Positions 57,907 through 64,000 of a stretch of 64,000 nucleotides of DNA are shown piece after piece. The notes beneath the pieces were generated by a model that was given only the letters and a program-made list of their open reading frames with translations, was not told the DNA's origin and did no database searches. Source of the DNA: a candidate division WOR-3 bacterium UBA1063 (lineage in GTDB: Bacteria; Hydrothermota; Hydrothermia; UBA1063); NCBI GenBank assembly GCA_002316275.1, contig DCDE01000013.1:2973-66972 (forward strand), in the 5' to 3' direction. The position numbers and the translations under genes are program-made. The first letter of the stretch is position 1. The number at the start of each line of letters is the position of its first letter.

Positions 57907-60509
57907 CTTGGAGCGCAAATAAAGTCAGGGAACTATTTCTAAACTATTTTCGAGAGCGAAGTCACGTAATAGTTCCCAGCTCACCTCTCTTACCTAAAAA
58001 CGACCCTACTCTCCTCTTTACAAACGCTGGGATGAATCAGTTTAAAATATATTTTCTTGGCGTTATTGAGCCCCCGTTCAAGCGGGCAGCCTCCAGTCAG
58101 AAATGTCTAAGAGCGGGAGGCAAACACAACGACCTCGATAATGTAGGCTTCACTAAAAGGCATCACACCTTTTTCGAAATGCTCGGCAACTTTTCCTTTA
58201 ACGATTATTTTAAAGAGGGCGCAATAAAGTATGCCTGGGAACTTCTTACAGAGTTCTTTGCATTGGAAAAGGATAAGATCTGGATTACGGTTTACCGGGA
58301 GGATGACGAAGCTTACAACATATGGAATGAGCTAATTGGAATCCCAAGTGAAAAGATCATAAGACTGGGCGAAAAGGACAACTTCTGGGAGATGGGCGAA
58401 ATTGGACCCGCTGGCCCATGCTCTGAAATTCTTTATGATTTAGGTGAAGAAGAGGATCCAAGCCAAAAAGACCCCTCTGTAGATGGAGAGCGATTCCTTG
58501 AGCTTTGGAACCTCGTATTTATGCAATTCAATCGTAATGAAAAGGGCGTATTAGAGCCATTGAAAACCAAAAACATTGACACGGGAGTAGGTCTTGAGAG
58601 ACTACTCAGAATTCTGAACAAATCTGATTCTAATTTTCATACGGACCTCTTTATACCGATAATCGAAGAAGTTGAAAGGATTACGGGAGTAAAATACAAA
58701 CCGGATGATGAGACAGGAAGAGCACATAGAGTCCTTGCAGACCACACACGCGCCTTAACATTCGCAATAGGAGATGGCATCTATCCGTCAAACTATGGTA
58801 GAGGTTATGTACTTAGAAGGATTCTGAGAAGAGCACATCGCTTTGCTCAGAAAATAGGATATGAGGACAAACCAATCATATTCAGGCTCGTACCTGTAGT
58901 TGTTGAAATAATGAAGGACGCTTACCCTGAACTGGTGGGCAGGAAAACGGAAATTGAGTTTATTATCAAAAAGGAGGAAGAGAGATTTATAGAGAATATT
59001 GCAAAAACACTTCCTAAATTAGAGGAAGAAATCGATCAATATATCGGTAGGGGAACTATAGCTGGGCATACAGTATTTAAGTTTTACGATACCTATGGGC
59101 TGCCACTTGACCTCATTGAGGAATGTGTTAAGGAAAAAGGGCTCGAGATTGATTGGAAATCTTTCGAGAATGAGATGGAAAAACAAAGAGAAAGAGCAAG
59201 GAGAAGTGAGGTTTTCAAAGTTGACTTACCTGACGAATGGACAATTCTGAGAGAGGGCAAGGTTACATTTACAGGCTATGAGAAGCTGGAAACCATTTCC
59301 AAGATCCTACGTTATGGATTTAGGGGAGAAAAAGTTTACATTGTTACAGAAGAAACACCTTTTTATGCAGAAAGTGGTGGACAAGTAGGAGATAAAGGCT
59401 TTATTGAAGGAGAAGGACCTGAGGGCTATTTTCTAATAGAAGTAGAAAACACATATAAGGTGGAAGATTACATAGTTCATATTGGCTTTATAAAAGAGGG
59501 AATAGTTCAAGATGTAGATGTACGCCTCAGAGTTAGCGAAAGCCTGAGGAATGGCGCTGAGAGAGCTCATACGGCAACCCACCTATTACATGCTGCATTA
59601 CGAGAGGTACTCGGTGAACACGTGAAACAGGAAGGTTCTTTGGTAGAGCCTGACAGGCTCAGATTTGACTTTCTCCACTTTTCAAAACTGAGAAGGGAAC
59701 AACTCACAGAAATTGAATACATCGTTAACAGGAGAATTATCGAAAACATACCATTGAAAACCGCATATTTGAGCTATGCAGAAGCGGTTAAAGAGGGCGC
59801 AATGGCACTATTTGAAGGGAAATATGGAGAGATAGTTAGAGTTATTTATATAGGAGATGTGTCCCGCGAACTCTGTGGTGGCACTCACGTAGATAGAACT
59901 GGCGATATCGGATTCTTTAAAATTGTTAGAGAAGAAGCATCAAGCGCAAATATTCGTAGAATTGAAGCCTACACGGGACTTAAGGCGTTGGAACATGTGC
60001 AAAAATTAGAAAACATTGTAGAAGAAGTTTCAGAGATGCTTTCAGCGGAGCCTGAGAAACTCACCGAAAGAATTGAAAAAATCTCCGATACAATAAAGAT
60101 CCTTGAAGAGCAAAGCGATTTATACGTTCAACGTTGGGCTGAAATGAGGGCTCGCGAGTTGACTTCAAGATCATTCGAAGTAAATGGAAAAAAAGTCTTG
60201 TTTGATTATATTAAAAATGCGGGCATTGAAGACCTGAGAGTCCTCGCAGATAAACTCAGATCTTTGAACGAAAAGGGCATCACTATTTTACTTGGTAGCA
60301 AAGAAAAAAGCGCTTCCTTCCTTGTCGAAGTATTGGGAGACATTCCGGATTTTGATGCTTCGAAGATCGTAAAAACAATTGGCAGGTATTTGAAAGGTGG
60401 AGGGGGCGGCTCGAAGACCAAAGCTGAGGGCGGCGGTAAAGACATTTCAAAAATTGGTGAAGTTATAGATATGATTAAAACTGGGAAGATATTCTCTAAG
60501 GAGGCTTAA
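57903..60509 (+). CDS. alaS: alanyl-tRNA synthetase
   Basis: FTNAGMNQFK. Editing-domain HTATHLLH...CGGTH. C-terminal GGGGG region. ATGA overlap with the upstream gene. Confidence 0.93.
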   Translation: MTWSANKVRELFLNYFRERSHVIVPSSPLLPKNDPTLLFTNAGMNQFKIYFLGVIEPPFKRAASSQKCLRAGGKHNDLDNVGFTKRHHTFFEMLGNFSFNDYFKEGAIKYAWELLTEFFALEKDKIWITVYREDDEAYNIWNELIGIPSEKIIRLGEKDNFWEMGEIGPAGPCSEILYDLGEEEDPSQKDPSVDGERFLELWNLVFMQFNRNEKGVLEPLKTKNIDTGVGLERLLRILNKSDSNFHTDLFIPIIEEVERITGVKYKPDDETGRAHRVLADHTRALTFAIGDGIYPSNYGRGYVLRRILRRAHRFAQKIGYEDKPIIFRLVPVVVEIMKDAYPELVGRKTEIEFIIKKEEERFIENIAKTLPKLEEEIDQYIGRGTIAGHTVFKFYDTYGLPLDLIEECVKEKGLEIDWKSFENEMEKQRERARRSEVFKVDLPDEWTILREGKVTFTGYEKLETISKILRYGFRGEKVYIVTEETPFYAESGGQVGDKGFIEGEGPEGYFLIEVENTYKVEDYIVHIGFIKEGIVQDVDVRLRVSESLRNGAERAHTATHLLHAALREVLGEHVKQEGSLVEPDRLRFDFLHFSKLRREQLTEIEYIVNRRIIENIPLKTAYLSYAEAVKEGAMALFEGKYGEIVRVIYIGDVSRELCGGTHVDRTGDIGFFKIVREEASSANIRRIEAYTGLKALEHVQKLENIVEEVSEMLSAEPEKLTERIEKISDTIKILEEQSDLYVQRWAEMRARELTSRSFEVNGKKVLFDYIKNAGIEDLRVLADKLRSLNEKGITILLGSKEKSASFLVEVLGDIPDFDASKIVKTIGRYLKGGGGGSKTKAEGGGKDISKIGEVIDMIKTGKIFSKEA

Positions 60510-60510
60510 T

Positions 60511-61692
60511 ATGGACATTTTTAAGAAGTGCTTTGAATTTCAAGAAGTCGAGAAAGCGAAAGAGCTTGGATACTATCCATACTTTCACCCTGTTTCTTCT
60601 GCCGAAGATACTGAGGTAGTGGTCGACGGGAGAACTCTCATAATGTTGGGCTCTAATAATTATCTGGGACTTACAACACATCCTTACACAAAGAAAAAAG
60701 GGCAAAAAGCCATTGAAAAATATGGAACGGGCAGCTGTGGGTCAAGATTTTTAAACGGGACTCTTGATATCCATGAGGAACTAGAAGCCGAACTGGCTAA
60801 GTTCGTAGGAAAGCAAAAAGCACTGGTTTTCAGTACAGGCTATCAGACAAATCTTGGTATTATGTCTGCGCTTCTTGGAAGGCATGATGTAGTAGTCTTG
60901 GACAAGTGGGATCACGCAAGCATTGTCGATGGTACAAAACTCGGGCAATCACATGTCCTTAGATTCAAGCATAATGACATGCAACACCTTGAAAGAATTC
61001 TAAAGGCAATTCCAGAAGAAAGAGGTATTCTAATCGTAGTTGATGGGGTCTTTAGCATGGAGGGCGACATTGCCGACGTGCCGACCTTGGTAAAACTAAA
61101 GGAGGAGTATGGCGCAAGGCTCATGATCGATGACGCACACTCCATTGGCATATTAGGTAAAACTGGCGCTGGGACTGCAGAACATTTTGGCTTGACTCGG
61201 GAAGTAGATTTAATAATGTGCACTTTCAGTAAATCTTTTGCCTCAATTGGAGGTTTCGTTGCTGGCGAAGAAAAGGTTATTGAATACATAAAACACCTTG
61301 CACGACCAATGATATTCAGCGCCGCACTTCCACCTGCACAGGTAGCTGTCGCACAAGCATCCTTAGAAATTATAAAGAGGGATACTGAAAGAAGAGAAAA
61401 CCTTTGGAAGAACACAAAATTTTGGCAGGAAGGCTTAAAAGAACTTGGATTCAACATTGGGGATACAAAAACCCCTATAGTCCCTGTTTTAATAGGTGAC
61501 GATGTAAAAACATTCATGTTTTGGAAGAAACTGATGGAGTATGGTACTTATGCAAATCCTGTGATTACACCAGCTGTACCACCTGGAAGGCAACTTATAA
61601 GGACAAGTGTAATGGCAACCCACACCATAGAGCAACTACAAAGGGCACTTAACTCTTTCGAGAAGGCTGGAAAGGAATTGCATATTATATAA
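60511..61692 (+). CDS. alpha-oxoamine synthase (Kbl/BioF/serine-palmitoyltransferase family)
   Basis: PLP-Lys motif TFSKSFASIGGF. N-terminal YYPYFHPV...GSNNYLGL. Confidence 0.8.
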   Translation: MDIFKKCFEFQEVEKAKELGYYPYFHPVSSAEDTEVVVDGRTLIMLGSNNYLGLTTHPYTKKKGQKAIEKYGTGSCGSRFLNGTLDIHEELEAELAKFVGKQKALVFSTGYQTNLGIMSALLGRHDVVVLDKWDHASIVDGTKLGQSHVLRFKHNDMQHLERILKAIPEERGILIVVDGVFSMEGDIADVPTLVKLKEEYGARLMIDDAHSIGILGKTGAGTAEHFGLTREVDLIMCTFSKSFASIGGFVAGEEKVIEYIKHLARPMIFSAALPPAQVAVAQASLEIIKRDTERRENLWKNTKFWQEGLKELGFNIGDTKTPIVPVLIGDDVKTFMFWKKLMEYGTYANPVITPAVPPGRQLIRTSVMATHTIEQLQRALNSFEKAGKELHII

Positions 61693-61696
61693 AAAA

Positions 61697-62815
61697 ATGA
61701 AAAAGATTTCTCTCATAGTTGGCGCACGGCCAAATTTTGTAAAAGCAGGACCACTTTATAAAGAATTAGAGAAGGAGCCTGCGTTCCAAGTAGAAATCTT
61801 ACACACGGGACAACATTATGACGTAAATATGTCGGATATCTTTTTCAAACAACTGGATTTACCTGCGCCCCACGTTAACCTCAATGTGGGTTCGGGACCA
61901 CACGGAAAGCAAACCGGGGAAATGCTCATTAAAATAGAGAAACATTATCTTGATAAGAGGCCCGATCTTGTAGTTGTGTTCGGTGATACCAATTCCACCC
62001 TTGCCGGGGCACTCGTTGCAGCAAAAATGGGAATCAAAGTGGCGCATATAGAAGCCGGCGTTCGCAGTTTCGACATGAGTATGCCCGAAGAGATAAACCG
62101 CATAATTGTTGATAGGATTTCCGACCTTCTATTTATACCTGATGAATATGCAAGACTAAACTTAAACGAAGAGGGAATCTCAACATCTAGGATGTTCCTC
62201 GTTGGAAATATCCTTATGGATACACTGAGCCAACACATGAACAAAATCATTGCTATGGAAAAAGAGGTGCTCGATAAGCTCGATTTGGCCTCAAAGGCAT
62301 ATGGTTTGATAACCATTCATCGGGCTGGAAACGTCGATGATATAGAAAGGCTTAGAAACATCATCACTATTATTAAAAAGGCCTCTGAGAAAACACCGCT
62401 TGTATTTCCAGTCCATCCTCGAACTCAAAGTAGACTTTCTGAACTTGGCTACATCCCTTCAAACAATGTAAAACTCATTAATCCCCTGGGATATCTTGAA
62501 TTTATTGCCCTATTAAAGAATTCCCTATTTGTCATGACGGACTCCGGAGGAGTCCAGACAGAATCGAGTTTCTTACAGGTGCCCTGCCTCACTTTGAGGG
62601 AAAACACAGAATGGTTAATTACACTAAGCATGGGAACTAATGTTCTTGTCGCTTATAACATTGAAAAGATTGAAGAGGAAATCAATAAAATCATTGAAAC
62701 TAACAAAATAAAAGGTCCATGTATTCAAGTGAATACTATAAAATACTGGGATGGCAAGACATCTGAAAGAATAGTAAATGTGATTAAGGAGTCCTTTGAA
62801 GGAGATATAGTATAA
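61697..62815 (+). CDS. wecB: UDP-N-acetylglucosamine 2-epimerase (non-hydrolysing)
   Basis: GARPNFVKAGPL, HIEAGVRSFD and TDSGGVQTE. Confidence 0.88.
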   Translation: MKKISLIVGARPNFVKAGPLYKELEKEPAFQVEILHTGQHYDVNMSDIFFKQLDLPAPHVNLNVGSGPHGKQTGEMLIKIEKHYLDKRPDLVVVFGDTNSTLAGALVAAKMGIKVAHIEAGVRSFDMSMPEEINRIIVDRISDLLFIPDEYARLNLNEEGISTSRMFLVGNILMDTLSQHMNKIIAMEKEVLDKLDLASKAYGLITIHRAGNVDDIERLRNIITIIKKASEKTPLVFPVHPRTQSRLSELGYIPSNNVKLINPLGYLEFIALLKNSLFVMTDSGGVQTESSFLQVPCLTLRENTEWLITLSMGTNVLVAYNIEKIEEEINKIIETNKIKGPCIQVNTIKYWDGKTSERIVNVIKESFEGDIV

Positions 62816-64000
62816 AGTTCAAATCCATCCTTCAATTCTCCCTTGCGACCTTCATATCGAGAATTTTCGGATTTTTTAGAGATGCCGGTATTGCATTCCT
62901 TGTAGGGGCTGGTAGATTTGCAGATATTTTCAATATAGCTTTCCGAATTCCAAACTTTTTCAGGGACTTATTAGCTGAAAACGCTATGCAAACCGCTTTC
63001 ATCCCAAACTTCGTAAAAGCTCAGGAAAAGAATGAAGACCCCATACGTTTTCTCAATATAATCTTCACGATCTTCTTTATAGCCTCCGTAGTTATTAGCA
63101 TCCTGGGCATAATTTTTTCGAGGGAGATCGTACTAATAACTGCATACGGATTTAAAAACATCCCAGAAAAGTTCACTAAAACCATTGAGGTTACAAGAAT
63201 TACCTTCCCATACCTTGTTCTTGTATCTATGTCGGCTCTATTTCAAGCGACCTTAAATTCAAGGAAGGAATTCTTTCAACCTGCGTTATCACCTGCCCTA
63301 TTTGATTTAGGAATTGTAGCAATCATCGTAATTGCTCATTTTTTTATACCCGAAGAAGACCATGTTGTAACCCTCGGATATTCAGTGCTCTTTGGTGGCC
63401 TCCTACAACTTCTTTACTTAGTTCAGCGATTAAAAGCCCACAATGTGCGCCCTTCCTTAACCCTAAACTTTCGACATCCATACCTCAAGGATTTTGGCAG
63501 GTTGCTTATCCCTGTTGTGATAGCAATGGGGTTCTCTAAGATCACCCCATTCATAAACACCCTTATCGCTACTTTTCTCAAAGAGGGTTCCGTATCTTAT
63601 CTTACATACGCATACAGAATTATGCAATTGCCGGTAGGTCTATTTGCAGTAGGGCTCCAGACGGTATCTATGCCGTCCTTTTCCCGAATCATTGCAAGGA
63701 ATGGGGAAATCCGCGATGCACTCTGGAAATCAATCTTCTATTCGATCTTTTTAACGCTCCCCTCCTCATTATTTATCATTTTCTACGCTGAAGAAATTGT
63801 TAGGATCCTCTTCCAAAGAGGTGCGTTTACAGCCCTGGACACTATCAATACCGCTCAGGCTCTCGTCCTTTATACTCCACATGTCGTAGCTATTGGTATT
63901 TCTAAAGTACTACTGAATTATTACTTTTCAAAAGGTGATATAAAAATCCCCAATTATAGTGTGGTACTTGGAAGTATAGTTAATGTAGCGATAGCTCTCA
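62812..64000 (+). CDS. murJ: lipid II flippase MurJ (3' end outside window; non-canonical ATA start inferred)
   Basis: Frame 1 is open from 62800 to the window end. IKFKSILQFSLATFISRIFGFFRDAGIAF...FRIPNFFRDLLAENAMQTAFIPNFV...YAYRIMQLPVGLF aligns with the MurJ N-terminus from its first residue. No ATG/GTG/TTG is available. Confidence 0.8.
   Translation, partial: MKFKSILQFSLATFISRIFGFFRDAGIAFLVGAGRFADIFNIAFRIPNFFRDLLAENAMQTAFIPNFVKAQEKNEDPIRFLNIIFTIFFIASVVISILGIIFSREIVLITAYGFKNIPEKFTKTIEVTRITFPYLVLVSMSALFQATLNSRKEFFQPALSPALFDLGIVAIIVIAHFFIPEEDHVVTLGYSVLFGGLLQLLYLVQRLKAHNVRPSLTLNFRHPYLKDFGRLLIPVVIAMGFSKITPFINTLIATFLKEGSVSYLTYAYRIMQLPVGLFAVGLQTVSMPSFSRIIARNGEIRDALWKSIFYSIFLTLPSSLFIIFYAEEIVRILFQRGAFTALDTINTAQALVLYTPHVVAIGISKVLLNYYFSKGDIKIPNYSVVLGSIVNVAIAL

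Noticed and set aside
60912-61517. 201-aa antisense ORF inside the alpha-oxoamine synthase gene. Similar long antisense ORFs occur at 27297-27782, 5510-5956, 10688-11083, 24062-24827 and 37561-37962.
   Set aside because: Each lies entirely within a well-supported gene on the opposite strand. They have low-complexity or odd composition and no SD or promoter-like element. They are shadow ORFs.
1-64000. CRISPR arrays, tRNA/rRNA genes, IS elements, prophage, and tandem or long dispersed repeats.
   Set aside because: I found none on visual inspection. Non-coding space is only about 2 kb in total and is accounted for by short promoter-containing spacers. A computational repeat and tRNA scan would be needed to exclude small elements.

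Overview
AT-rich, very gene-dense bacterial chromosomal segment. I call 56 CDS (one of them a 58-aa ORF missing from the ORF track). I saw no rRNA, tRNA, CRISPR array, IS element or prophage. Most genes are core housekeeping. These include proS-rimP-nusA-infB-DUF503 (Bacillus-like order) running on into ptsH-ptsI-tsaE-xer, then aspS, ispG, pyrR-yjbQ-...-lepA, tkt-hpf-hprK-mutL and gap-pgk. Further on are rseP with a sigma-70-family factor, polX, lexA, gcvPB and serS-...-alaS-...-wecB-murJ. Envelope-polysaccharide genes are scattered through the window: a Wzc-like tyrosine autokinase, two SLBB export proteins, a sugar dehydrogenase, a GT4 glycosyltransferase and a deacetylase. The genes form about 15 operon-like blocks that alternate in strand.

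Main points of interest:
1. A three-gene operon at 35.9-42.5 kb. It encodes a zinc-ribbon / class III cyclase / STAND-ATPase / repeat protein, an uncharacterised 545-aa HEAT-like protein, and a variant HD-GYP phosphohydrolase. This is the best candidate for an undescribed cyclic-nucleotide system.
2. A TTGnnn-17nt-TAnnnT promoter-like element occurs in essentially every divergent spacer. In 10 of 14 cases it ends only 6-11 nt before an ATG with no Shine-Dalgarno, which implies widespread leaderless mRNAs.
3. murJ has no canonical start codon. An SD-spaced ATA overlaps the wecB stop as ATAA.
4. lexA sits inside a CBS / transporter / lexA / unknown-167-aa gene string.
5. A DUF1573-rhodanese / rseP / GlmL-like ATPase / sigma factor operon.

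The taxon cannot be assigned from the sequence alone.
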